Positions 1-13,678 are shown, counted from the stretch's first letter. The stretch: DNA of 64,000 nt from Lingula anatina (GCA_051362555.1 CM120645.1:434001-498000), one strand, 5' to 3'. Made by a program: numbers and translations. Notes: generated by a model not told the origin, from the letters alone.

Positions 1-2403
1 TTGAGAGTGTAACCAGAGGGACACGTGCACATGAAGCTGCCAAATGTGTTACGACACTGGTACTGACAATACCCACGCCTCTCCTCACACTCATTGATAT
101 CTGAATGTAATAAAACAAATCATGTTATGACACTGGTACTGGCAATACCCACGCCTCTCCTCACACTCATTGATATCTGAATGTAATAAAACAAATCATG
201 TTATGACACTGGTACTGACAATACCCACGCCTCTCCTCACACTCATTGATATCTGAATTATAAAACAAATCATGTTATGACACTGGTACTGACAGTAGTC
301 ACAAGTTTAACAAAAGCTAATTCAGTTGTAAAGTATAGATTTCCAGACCATTCAATCAAAGGTAAAGTCTACTAATCAACACTGCACCTGTCTGACAAGT
401 CTTTCCAGTCACCCCAGGTCGACACAAACATCTGCCATCCACACAGGAACCTCCATTGGCGCACTGTGGACTGCACTCCCTACTGGTTGGCCTTTCTGGT
501 CTCCCATGGCGACGCTGCTCACAACGACCTCCTCTCATCACCCATCCTCGAGGACACACCACATTTGGCGCCTGGGGACGACTTTGGAACTGTGGCGGAG
601 CTGGTGTTGTTGTGGTCGTTCTCACTGGCTGGCGAGACTGGGGACGAGGTTGACGTACAACTTGGGGTGTAGGCTGTCTTGGTTGTAGAGGTCTCTGTGG
701 TACATTGCTGCCACAGTTCCCACCCTTACATGGCTGACTTGAGGTGTCAGGTCTTTGTGGTTTACCTGAGGTTTGTGTTGTCTGACCACCATTAGAGAAA
801 ACCTGCCAGGGCCAAGGCAGGTTACAGCTTACTGTAGACACACAGGGCACAGACTGTACTGATGATATCCCAGGAGCCTGTGGCCAAAATGGCTGCTGCA
901 GCACTGCCCCAGGGGGTAAGCAGTCAGTGTCTTGACAAGGCTGTGGAACCACTGCAGCCTGCTGAATGCAATCTGGGACCAGACATGGCTGCGGTAATCC
1001 ACTAGGCTGAATACATCCAGAGTCTTGACATGGTGGTGTCATTACAGGACCTGACTGAACACAGTCTGTAGTCTGACATGGTTGTGGAGCCTGAGGTACT
1101 GATGCTGCTATGGTCTTCTTCTGGCAGCCTGAGCCTATGCAAGGAGGCATCATCTTATCTGGCATCTTAGGAAAGCAGTCAGGGCCCACACATGGCTGAG
1201 ATGGAACAGGTTGAGGCGCTACTGGTACCGTCTGCTGCCAGGCTACAGGACCACAGTTTGACACACAGGGTACCTGTTGCCATGGCAACACAGCCTGGCC
1301 ACTGCAGTCACTGGTACAGGGCTGGGGCACAACTGGACCTACTGCTGACACACAACTGACCCCATAACATGGCTGACCCTGAACTTGACCTACTGACCCC
1401 TGTGACTGAGGTTGCCATGCATTGTTCCTTGCCCCTGGCGTCAGCTGCGGCATGGAGGCCTGACTGTATATGACCTGCTGGTTCATTGTGGCAGCAGGCT
1501 TTCCCTGGGGTTGCCATGGAAACCCAGGACCCTGCTGACAGTTACCTTGGTAACAGGGCTGTTGCTGGTTGGCATAGTTTCTTTGAGGGTTAAAAGACTG
1601 GAAGTTTGGGGTTGGGTTATACTGAGAACTCTGTCCCTGACTCAGGCACCTTCCAGAGGTGCAAGGTGAGGTGATGCCTGGACCCATATACTCCTGGAAG
1701 GCCTGCTCCATAGCTGGGTACTGCGTGAACAAAGATGGCTGAGCCATGGTCCTGTAGGAAGAAAATCTAATAAAGGGATTACTGCTGAAACCAGGCTGGT
1801 AGTAATTTGAATATCCTGATCCTGTGTAACTGGCCCAGTAGGGGATGTCTGCTTGAGCTCTGGTAGGTGGAGTGACCTTGACATTGACCTTGGGGTCAGG
1901 GGCGACCTTGGTTTCAAGACCCCCATTGCTCCGGTGATGCATGCCTCCAAAGATGTTTGTAGTATCATCTGAAGGGTTGATGGGATAGTTGAATTGTGGA
2001 GTTCGTACTTCTTTTTGGTTTTTACAATTGCCAGATGTCTGCCCGTCTCCACTGCAAGAACTGCTTGCTGGAAATAAAATATTATTCCCATATCAAACAG
2101 ACTAGATATATGTATCAGCTAAGAAGATTTATTCAACTTACTAACAGTAACATCCAGGTAAACTTGTCACCATTAACAAAAGCAACAACCAACACAGGGT
2201 AACACCCCACACTGTCACAACAAACACACTGTCACACCCAACACAATTTCAGACTTACAAACATCTCCAATGGGTCGACATGTTCTCCCGTCTGCCTCCA
2301 GAGTAAAGCCAGCATGACACGTACACATGAAGCTTCCCGGAGTGTTTTCACAGCTCTGCTGGCAGTGGTGAACCCCAGCACATTCATCCTGGTCTGATAA
2401 TGA

Positions 2404-2439
<36 letters not shown>

Positions 2440-5092
2440 CTTATTTCTTTTTTAATGCTTTAGTGCACAAAGTGAAAAGGAAAAATTACTTATATTACAA
2501 TAACATCTTAGAAAACAGTATATTGCCAAGGAATTCTTTGTCATGATTTATGTTATTCAATTACCTATACATGTATGTCCATCACTTGTGAGTAAAAAAC
2601 CCTCCAAACATACACACTGTGGTGTGTTTCCTACTGTGATACATTTCTGGCTGCACTTTAAGGTGTCACATGTTTGTGATTGTGTTAGCTGCGACTGCTG
2701 ACTGGGCAATTGTGCTGGTTGAGATTGCTGACCCACTGATTGTGTTAGGTGTGACTGCTGACTGGGAAATTGTGAGGGTTGCCACTGTTGTCTCTGAAAC
2801 TGTGTTTGCTGAGGAAATGGCCATTGTTGAGTATTGGCAGGTTGTGCTGGCTGAAGTGGTTGAGATGGTTGTCCGTATGAAGGTGGTTTTTGTTGCTGCC
2901 AAGATGCCAGTGACACTTGTGGCAGTTGCCGTGAAGATGGCCGAGTTAAGATGGAGGGCTTTTCTTGTTCCTTTACTCGTGTTGGCTGAAATTGTCCTTG
3001 AGATGTTTGCAAATAATTGGCAGCTCTGGAATCTGAAACTATAAACCATACAAATATTTGAAAACTGTTATCAAAAATCTTGATTGTCGAATAAAATCTT
3101 TATAGCTGTTAGTATGGGGTGACAGAAATTCAGAAGGGTAATTTTTTTTGTTGTTGTTGAACCACTCAGTATCCTGTTTTTCTTTTATTTAATTTTAGTA
3201 TCTTTATTTTCTTACATAAATAAGCCAAAAGGCAATATACAATCACTGTTTATATTTGAAACTGGTGAATTGTTTTTCCAGTTCTTTTCACTGTTAAACA
3301 CATCTCAAAGTCACAACCTCCCTCCACTTTAAACCCACAACAAGGGGGTCTCAGAGTGAAATGGCAGCCTTTAATGAAAGATATCATACATTCAACATGC
3401 AATATTTATATACACTGAAATAAGAAGTTTGCTGAAGTGTAATGTTATCAAATACTTCTGCTCGCTTGTCAAAAATGTCAGACTGTCAAAATAGTCCATG
3501 TACTAGATGCCAAGTGTATACCAAAGTCTGACTACTCATTCTTTTTTTTTTTTTTTTTTTTTGAAAGTATATTTTTCTTATACAATGTATTGTTTCAAAA
3601 AATGCATGGGAATTTTTTCTACACAAAATGTTGGATATGTGTTCAAAGGTGAAAACACGAGCTGAGCCATTAATTGTTATATCCCATTAAAGCTTTTGAA
3701 ATGCAAACAGCAAACATAAGTTTTATAATTCTTTACCTAGTAAAAAAATCTAAAAAAACATATATAACAAAAGATAATTAACACAAGGCAGAAATCAAGC
3801 ATCAGAAAAAAATTAAACACCCTAATTTCCAACTGATAGGTATGCAGAGAAAGGCTTCTGATACCAGTAAGTGTCTGACCACCTGTTGATAGGAAATTCC
3901 AGAAAGGTCAGCTTGAAAAATGGACAGGGTCAACTTTAGGTCAAGTGCTCTTGGGCATTTAACAATAAAACCCAGTGAAAATAGGATCTGGTGGTTTCCT
4001 TCCCTGGCTTCTCTGGCTTCCCTCTAAATGGCTTAACAACACAAATGGCTTTGTCAAGTGTTTATGTCCATTTTACAGTTTTATAGAATGAAACAAATTC
4101 TGTAGTCTCTTTCTCTTCTGTTGTTTGTAAGTGCAGCAGTCCACTACATTCTGCCTTTTCCCTTTTTTACCACACAAATAAATCTTTAGTTACTTTGAAA
4201 ACTTTTTATGGCCCCGAACTGTCATAGATAGCTGCATGCTTCAATTATCAGTGGATCCGTGTTTGACTCAGAAACAAAAGTCATATTTCTGGTAATTAAC
4301 ATGTTAGAAACTATTGCTGTTTGATACCATACTAGTTTCCATTTCAGGCACTATGTAAGCATTAACAGTTCTTAAAAACAGAACTTCATACATTTGACAT
4401 GAAGGAAAAAATATTTCTGTTGTTCAGATAAACATGTAGCAATAGATAAACACATTAATTAAACAATGAATTAGTAAAAGAAAAATACAAAGAAAAAAAC
4501 TTTTTTGTCACAATTTTGCTTTGAGATGTGTTACTTTGAATAATTTTGCAATTTATCTATAGTAAAAGCCTGACAACCCTCTGCCCTGCATCTGTTTTAT
4601 ACAACTACCAATAGATAACAAACCATTCTGCTATGGCACTACTACAGGTCTAACAGATCAAACATTTTCACTTTCTGCAGTTTACATCTTCTACCTCAGT
4701 TTACAGGTACACTGTGACCTTTACACTTGACTTCCTGGGTTCTTTTACTCTATCAAACAAACCGTGTGAACTCACCTTCTGTTTGGTCAGATGTAGATAA
4801 TGACGAAGATGATGTTGTTGGTGATGAAGAAGGACAGGTGACAGCTGTTGATCCATCAACACATCTGCAGGTATTTGGTCTGACACAGAGTCCCTCTCCA
4901 CAGGGAAAGCTACATATAGCTAGAGAGAGAAGGACAAATAGTAGCATCCATGATTATGAACCCCCCCCCCCCCCCCCCCCCACCACCACCACCACCACCA
5001 CCACCAAACACATTATTGCTGATTTTAAGATCTGTACTATATTTATGTAAGCAAAGCATTTTTATGTCTAATCTTTGAAATGTAACTGGGCC

Positions 5093-5148
<56 letters not shown>

Positions 5149-5649
5149 TTTTTTTCATGTCATGTTTTCTTTTTTATCTCAAGCTGCAAAGTGTTCAATT
5201 ATCATATCTTACGCATCACACAGGGTCCCTTGGAGTAGATCTGGGACCACCCTGGGCAACATGGAGATTCAGGGGTCTGAGAACGACACACATGGGGTCC
5301 ACTGAAAAAAAAGGGCAAGTTATGAGCTCAAACCTCCAATTTGCTTCAGTCTGCTTTTTTCCCTTAACCTGGTCAACCCCTGCAATATGAATGCCATTTT
5401 AAAGTACTCAGTATTCCTTGATGCCTATTCAATATCTGTCTAAAAAGAATGGAATAATGCAATTATTCTATCTTAAAATGTACTGGTATAATAACTGTTG
5501 GAGTTAAGAATCTTACATAACTGTATAACAGTGTTTCTCATAGCTCTATTGTTGCTGCCTGGACCAAATCATAAATAGTGAACAGCCCTAGATCACAAAT
5601 CTCAGCCAATGATTAACACAAAAACAACAGATATCACATGAAAATTGCA

Positions 5650-5685
<36 letters not shown>

Positions 5686-7426
5686 TTGCCTTCTGAAGTG
5701 CAATTTTTTTTCTGAAAATTTCATCCAAATTTGTAAAGAGCATTTTGGGATATCATATTCACTACCAGACAGACAAGCAAACCATTGGACCCAACACCAG
5801 TAAAATCATATAATCTCCTTTGTTAGGGAAGATAACAACAGTGAAATAACTGAAAATCATTTACAGTACTATCAAAGCCATTCAACAGGTAAATTTTGTT
5901 GCAAACGTAACTGAATTTTGACATCAATGAAGTTAGGTGATTCACATTAACAATGAGCCTTGTGCTAGACAGGTTGAAAAAATTGGAAAATCAACCGCTT
6001 GTGTCAAAAGGTTAATTAAATTTTGAGATGGCACATGGTTCTAATACTCCATTCACTCATGAGTGAGTGCAATTGTTATTGAATTTGAGAAAAAGTCTGG
6101 GGCCTCATGGCACATTCATAACAACCATAGCAGAAAAAATTAAGATATAATTTTCAAAAAATGTAATTGATGTGAAAAAAAAGAATTAACTTGTCAAATA
6201 TCCATTAGTATTTTTAGCAACATAAATATAGTAGAGGGGAATTTTTAAAACTGGAAGAAATGCTTAAAAAGCAAGATGTGAAAATAAATTATTATCAAAC
6301 ACCCAAGAAGCAAATAAGTATGATAAGAACAAAAAAAAAAAAGAAAAAAAATCTATAAATTTACAAGAAAATTTCATTGCAGTATAACTTGTCCTGGGCT
6401 ATTAGCAAGCAGACCGTGTCTCTGTAATGGACCCTAGGCAAGTGATTTATCCATTTATCACCTGTCAAAGAGGAAGAAGTCCAAGACGTCCTCTGAACTG
6501 AGCTGTCAGCAGTAATAACATGACTTCTGTATTCACTACACTGCCACTTTCTACAGTACCTTATCATTTAAACTGAAGAAACTGCAATTTAATTAGCAAT
6601 GCAGACTTTAAAACACAAAACTTATGGACATTACTGGCTCTATAATGTTTGAACAATGGAACGTTATAACAATTTTGTAAGCAATTATAGGGAAAATGTG
6701 TTTAAAATGGTTACAAAATACACCCACGAAGCTCACATCCTCACCTAGCAGTGAAGGACAGGTCTTGCAGAAAAAAGTGTACTTTGAACAATGCACTGCA
6801 TTAACAGAAATCGCAAATATTTTCTTTTCAGAGTGAATTTTACTCTTTACAAGCTTTCAGCACACTTTCAAAACAACAACTCTGAACTACATATTTCAAG
6901 GACTATTACACTAAATTACTAAATGACAACTGGATGATGATTGTCAGGTATTTGCAATCTATAGTTAAATAATGAAATGTTTGGGTAAATAACAGAAATA
7001 GGCCTACTTTATGTGAACAACGCATACGGAGATAACTGAACTCTAACATTAAAAAAAAACCCCATCAGTTGGTTCAGCAGCTGTCTTTTTCAATAATTTC
7101 AGCAGTGCGAAGTCTGAAAACTGACAGCAATCCGCCACAAAATGTCACAGAAAATGACAGAATCAGTTGATGAAATCTAGGACTGAACGCTGGACCCTAG
7201 ATTAAAACGAAGCCACATGTGCGCCTTGCACACGTAAACACAAATCTTAAAATCTAACATTTTGGTTACTTCCACGAAGTGTAGAACGTGATTTATCAGC
7301 ACCTAATAACACAAAGCAGAGCTCGAGTGCTACTTACCTTGGAAACTGCGCGTCTGCCAAAGCAAACGAGAAAACACAAGCAACTGTGAAAGAAACAAAA
7401 ACAACAGAAACAGAAGACAAACACAT
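1..7426 (-). CDS. Secreted VWCE-like (von Willebrand factor C and EGF domain-containing-like) protein, 3'-partial, with Gln/Pro-rich insertions
   Basis: Exons in transcript order: 7338-7426, 5213-5301, 4776-4919, 2565-3032, 2259-2393, 388-2067, <1-100. All junctions are GT-AG and phases are consistent (~900 aa in window). Signal peptide MCLSSVSVVFVSFTVACVFSFALADA. The N-terminus GPHVC..CCPGW..C..PICSFPCGEGLCVRPNTCRC resembles vertebrate VWCE. Ca-binding EGFs DQDECAG..CENTPGSFMCTC and DINECEE..CRNTFGSFMCTC. VWC domains are not in the window. Confidence 0.8.
47..294. repeat. 76-bp tandem repeat (~3.2 copies) duplicating a splice acceptor and the start of a cbEGF exon
   Basis: GACACTGGTACT recurs at 53, 129, 205 and 279. 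On the - strand each unit contains ttattacattcag|ATATCAATGAGTGT (the third copy has a 2-nt deletion). Confidence 0.9.
388..2067 (-). CDS. Large internal exon of the VWCE-like gene (Q/P-rich, repeated PC-x3-5-C motifs, terminal EGF)
   Basis: Acceptor ttatttccag|CA at 2067 and donor ACAG|gtgcag at 388. The exon is 1680 nt, phase 1/1, and continues into the 528-aa ORF 356..1942. It ends in the EGF CSPQCANGGSCVDGRCLCRPGVTGKTCQ. Confidence 0.85.
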
Positions 7427-9938
7427 CTTCTGAATGTACGGCATCTGAGCGGCTTCTTCCTCAAAATATTGCGCCCGACTTTCCGACCTTCTAAACCTAC
7501 GTGTCTACGAGTGGATGATTCCCACTCAGTGGTGTTTGCGGTTTAGCAGCAGGTGTCGGCCAGATTTCACAAACAAACGTTTCCTGAATCAGGTCTTTGT
7601 TGCGAGAACGCACCATGTGCGCTCAGCGGGGAAATTTGATCTTCGCGGAATGTGGTGATCCATTGCGACGGCGGCGCTGTCTGGCACCGCTAACACAATT
7701 GACCGCTGAGGCGATCACAATTTTTTATAAATGTGCGTTTTCTTTGGATTTGTTTTTCTCTCACTCGGTTTTCATTCATTAATTAAAATATATTGCTTGT
7801 CCATTTTGAGGTCCGCATACTGAATATATTGTCTTCTAATTCTTTTCTTTTTTTGTATTGTTAATAATACTATAGTTTTGTAAAAAATAAAAAATAAAAA
7901 AATTAAAAAAAACGTACTGTTGAAAGCTGCCAAACGTGATATTTGACAAAGTGAAGTATAATTATTATAATTATTATTATTATTATTATTAAATTTTTCA
8001 AGCAAGTCAATGAGTATTATAACAAAATCATAAGAAGAGCATTTTTACATCATTTAAAAATATTGAAACCGTCTTCTTTTTAGAGATATATCACTGAATA
8101 TCATCCTCTGATCCTCTTTATTTATGACTATGAATGACTGTAGTTGTGCACTTTGATAAAAAGTCTTATTTCCCTTAGTATAAAACATTTATTACAGTTA
8201 AAAAAACAATACACTATGTCCATATTTAACAATTCTAATCATCCCAGTGAACACTAAATCACAGACAACTTACACAGACAGGGACTCGAATAAATCAACA
8301 TACATTATCAAAAATAATATATCTAGTAATGAAATAAAGCCTTACAAAGTCAGATCCTGAAATTGGGTGCGAGAGGCACATTACTTTCATAGCTTTCCTG
8401 AAATTATATGAATATGAAAAGCAAAGCAAGGCATAGACCTTTTTGTCACCCTGTCAGCTCTGCTGTGCTCTTTAGTTAAAATCTGGAGATATACAGTTTG
8501 TCACAAATATTCAGACTCAGTCAACAACATGATGGATAATATAATAATAAAATAACAGTTAAGAATGTAAAACAAAGCATAAGATAATAATAAATAATAA
8601 CTAAATGACCAGCTGAAATGGAAAGCACAGCTAGCATTTTAGGATGAAAAATATATAAAATAAGGCAAAGTCTTTAAAATTAGCCATCCAGACAAAATAC
8701 TAATAGCCTTGTTCGTGTTAAGTGATACCCTTAGTTGGTAAAACATCCTTGATAATATCCTGTGGGCAAAGACAGGAATCTACTTGTATTTGTTAGAAAA
8801 TCTGTATTAATATTGCCAGACATCCCTAGAACATAAGTAACCCTGTCCACCCTTATCAATGGAAATCTTACATTCACATCAAAAATACAGGGTGGTTTGG
8901 AATGCTTTTCAGCTGTTAACATATAATTATGGCATAATGATGATTTTTATGGCACATATTACTTCTTGCACCAAGTGATGTCAGTGCACAAAGACGGACG
9001 GCAAAATATTTTCAAAACTGCTTTGTTTGCTTGAACACTTAATTCTTTTAAAAAAATTTTAACAAAACATGGTTTTCACCAACCTATTCCTTTCCTCTTG
9101 ACACTGTTTTTAATTTAATTCATATCATAAACCATTTGTCTAACATCAAATATTTTAGAGGCTAAACCTTGCAAATTGCACATTTCGCAGTACCGTATCA
9201 CAGATTCTACAGGGACCTGTTTTACGAAAAAAAAAAAAAAAAAAAAAAAACTTCAGCGCAAAAATTGGTCTAAACTCTTAGGCTGAAGTTATTATTTTCT
9301 TTGACCCACAAAAACAGATGTAGTCCAATTAAATGAACTATTACATAAATTATGAGCCATTTCAACCTGTTTTATTAACAGAAAGACATTGTCAATGTTC
9401 AACTCCAAAACATACCTGTATTCATATGGAACTTTTAGGGGTATAAAGTCCGTTAAGAAAACCTCTAACTCCTTAAATATCTACATCTATGTTTTACATA
9501 AAAAATAATGATATGAAATTAACAGCTGCAGAAATAAGATTTCTACAGACATTCAGCATGTTGGAAGAACCTGGATGGTTTAGAAGAGAGACAAATTCCT
9601 GGTACCCATTTTGAAATTATCTCAGTTAAAACACTTTCTGATAGGCATGCTGTACAACTATTTCACCCTGGGGGATGGAGGGGGGTCTCCAGCACAGACA
9701 GTTACCCCACAAGGCTCACACGACACCCCCAGGGGAACTGATCTGGGCATCTGGGTGTGTTAAATATTCATCACTCCTGGTCACAGCATTATCCTCTCAG
9801 TTATCTTGTCTTCAACTGCTACCTTGAAGGCTTAAGGGCACTGGAAAGGTGGAATTTGAAATATGTTTTTACCCAACAATAACATAGTTTACTATAAAAT
9901 GGAAAGAAAAAAACGTACAAAACAAAATAAATAATTAA

Positions 9939-9940
<2 letters not shown>

Positions 9941-10031
<91 letters not shown>
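9941..10031. repeat. (TA)n microsatellite
   Basis: About 45 TA units read directly. Confidence 0.95.
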
Positions 10032-10034
<3 letters not shown>

Positions 10035-10145
10035 AGCTTCATTAAATCAATAAAGCTGAGACCTTAATCCAGACAATGTTACCCCTTTCAAGTACTTTCC
10101 TTCCACCCTGAAACAAAGTCAACACCTTTTACAAAGTGAATAAAG

Positions 10146-13100
10146 TTACCTGGCAAAGTCCAAGCCTCTCTCATACTCATCCAGGTCAGCCATGTCTTCA
10201 TCCAAAGCCTGGGACAGCTGTGTTAGCAGCACATCCAATGCCTGGAATACATGTAGTGTGTTAGATGTGTCAGTTTTACATTGTGGTAGATGTGACAGCC
10301 TTACATTGCGTTAGATGTGACAGCCTTACATTGTGTTAGACATGACAGTCTTACATTGTGTTAGATGTGACAGCCTTACATTGTGTTAGATGTGACAACT
10401 TATCCTTGCTGTAGATACATAATTATTCTCAAACGTCTCTCTTTTTTCTTCAGGACCATGTGCATGCATATTACTTGTCTGTTTTAGGAAGTAGATATGT
10501 ATAAACATCAGTAGAAACCACTCACCACATCTGTCACTATCTTCTCATGGAGTTTTCTGAGGGGTAAGTTATCCAGTGTTCTCTGTCTCTCTCCACTGAC
10601 CCCAAAGAACTGCTCCAGTAGCACATTCAACATCAAACCTAAATATTATAGCAATATTCACAGTCAGGTATTTCACTATAAAATAAGACTTTTAGTATGC
10701 AAATCAAATTCAAATCAAATATAATTATACATTTAATACCAGATATAAAAAAAAAAAATGGAAAACTGGAAATAAATAAATAAATAAATATCAAATCAAA
10801 TAAATGAACAAAATATAAACTAAAGATCAGTACATCAAAGAGATTAAAGAGAATGGTAAATGTGTATAAAGTAAGATAACATACTGTCCAGTAGTTTATC
10901 TGCGTGGTCATCTTCTGTCCACAACTGCCCTTGTCTGGCCACCAAAGACAACAGGTACTCTAAACACATAGAGTCAATGAACTTCTGGCTGGCATATTTG
11001 GCTACCTACAAATACAGGACATACATTTTAGTCTAGTAAGTAGTATAGTACTCTAAACACATAGAGTCAGTGAACTTCTGGCTGGCATATTTGGCTACCT
11101 ACAAATACAGGACATACATTTTAGACTAGTAAGTAGTATAGTACTCTAAACACATAGAGTCAGTGAACTTCTGGCTGGCATATTTGGCTACCTACAAAAA
11201 CAGGACATACATTTTAGACTAGTAAGTAGTATAGTACTCTAAACACATAGAGTCAGTGAACTTCTGGCTGGCATATTTGGCTACCTACAAATACAGGACA
11301 TATATTTTAGACTGGTAAGTAGTATAGTACTCTAAACACATAGAGTCAGTGAACTTCTGGCTGGCATATTTGGCTACCTACAAATACAGGACATACATTT
11401 TAGACTAGTAAGTAGTAAAGTACTCTAAACACATAGAGTCAATGAACTTCTGGCTGGCATATTTGGCTACCTACAAATACAGGACATACATTTTAGACTA
11501 GTAAGTAGTATAGTACTCTAAACACATAGAGTCAATGAACTTCTGGCTGGCATATTTGGCTACCTACAAATACAGGACATACATTTTAGACTAGTAAGTA
11601 GTATAGTACTCTAAACACATAGAGTCAGTGAACTTCTGGCTGGCATATTTGGCTACCTACAAATACAGGACATACATTTTAGACTAGTAAGTAGTATAGT
11701 ACTCTAAACACATAGAGTCAGTGAACTTCTGGCTGGCATATTTGGCTACCTACATATACAGGACATAAATTTCAGACTAGTGAGCAGTGTAATAAGGGCC
11801 ACCAAAGACATTAAGTACTCCAACACATGTCAATGAACTTCTGGCTACAAATACGGGCCATACACATACATTTTAGACCAGTTAGTACTCAATTTTCATC
11901 ATATAGTAATTTTCTGTACAGCACCAGTTCCACTGGTCACCACATACAATTATGTAACAGGAACTTTATTCCCTTTTACAGCTATGAAGAGTACAGATGT
12001 CCATTTCTCCATGAGTGTACAGTAGCTCTTATGTGAAAGCTTACTTTAAATCAAAGTATGTGTGTCTGTACATAATACAGGCCCATAGCCAGCAATTTCA
12101 AAAAGGGGGTTCTTTTTCTGAAAATGTGGACCTTTTACTATGAAACCTTCATGTACCTAGGTAAAATTTTACCCAAAGGGAACCTTTTCCCAGTAAAAAG
12201 GGGGAGTTCTTTCAACCCCCCCCCCCCTTGGCTATGGGCTGGTCTGCACATAAACAGTCCAATCACCGACCTCTCTGAGCTCTCTTTTCTGTATCCTGGT
12301 GTCGTAGTGCGTCAGGACCTCTACTGCCACCTCATTGGCTAGCTCGTCAACATCTTCCTCGATGAACTCATCGAGGACATCTTCAAACTGTACCTCTGTG
12401 ATGACCTCTTCAACCTTGAAGATACAAAAATAACTTTAATCTTTAAATGTTTAACTTTACATTTTTTATACCATTAAACTGTGATAACCTCCCTGTACAC
12501 AAGAGCTAGCAAAAAGCATATTTATCCATTCAAATTTTTAAAAATATTCTCATTACAAAATTGTTGCAATGGAAATAAAAGATTTATGACCAAATGAGAC
12601 TGAAAACACACCAGATGGTGCTGCAGATTCAAGAGGAGCCCCTTTCAGTACATCACCTTCACTTACCAACTCATGGCCTATCTCAGCGAAGTAATCCTCC
12701 ACCAAATCCGTCATTACGTCAGTTCCGGCGCTCTTAGCCAGGTATCCGCTGACCATTTCCTGTGTAGCCAGTTTGACAACCTGAAGGACCCCCTCATGGA
12801 CCACCTCACTGAGCAGGGCACTGGCGATGTCCTCGCTGAGATCCTTCTGGGACATTCTCTCCATTAGGTAGCTGGGGATTAATACAGATGTCTCTATGCC
12901 AGCAATGTTATTGATTAAATAGGGGTAAGGGTGGGGTGGTGTATTTAAGTACATTTTATAAGGGATGAAATATTCACATCAAAGACAATAGGTTACGGGT
13001 AAAAATTATATATATATTAACTTTAACTCTTTATAAGGATAATTAGACCAACAACCACAAAATAAGACATAGTGATTGCAAATATTATTGAGTATCACAA

Positions 13101-13678
13101 TGTCTGGAGAAAACACAACCATCTTGTTAGGACTACCTGTCAGTTAGTTTCATCAGCGTGTCTCTGTCCAAGTCACGCAGCTGAGCAGCTGTCATGGAGT
13201 AGAGATCTACAGCGCCACCTGGCAGCAAGCGAGATTTCACTGACACCTGAATATGTGATGAGACAACCGTGAAAACATCTTATCATGTGACATAGCCAGT
13301 AACATGTGTTTCACTTCAAAATTACCTCTAAACATCATGCAAGGTTGGAGAAGACACGTTCTCTATAGCAAATCACAGAAAAATCTTCCCAATCTTGTCA
13401 ATCTGCTGAATTTGCTTATACTTGTAATCTAGATGAGAACCTGGGCAAAGGAACTGAAGAAGTAGTCTAACAAATATATAACACCCTAGTCAAATATAAA
13501 ACACTCTCCAACAAAGCAAAGCCTACCGTCTCTTTCTGCTCTGACACCACTTCTATCAGAAGATCAGGGACAATCTCATCCTCCAGAGCCTCCTGTATGA
13601 AATCCTCTACAAATACTTGAGCAAAGGAGTTATGAGCATTGAAATACTGGGCTACCTGGGTATGCTGAAATAATAATT

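Noticed and set aside
2666-3049. Alternative-frame and antisense ORFs over the Q-rich exon
   Set aside because: Shadow ORFs caused by low-complexity codon usage of the real exon.
10956-11790. Regular repeat array superficially like CRISPR
   Set aside because: Units are contiguous and near-identical with no unique spacers, there are no cas genes, and the context is a eukaryotic intron.
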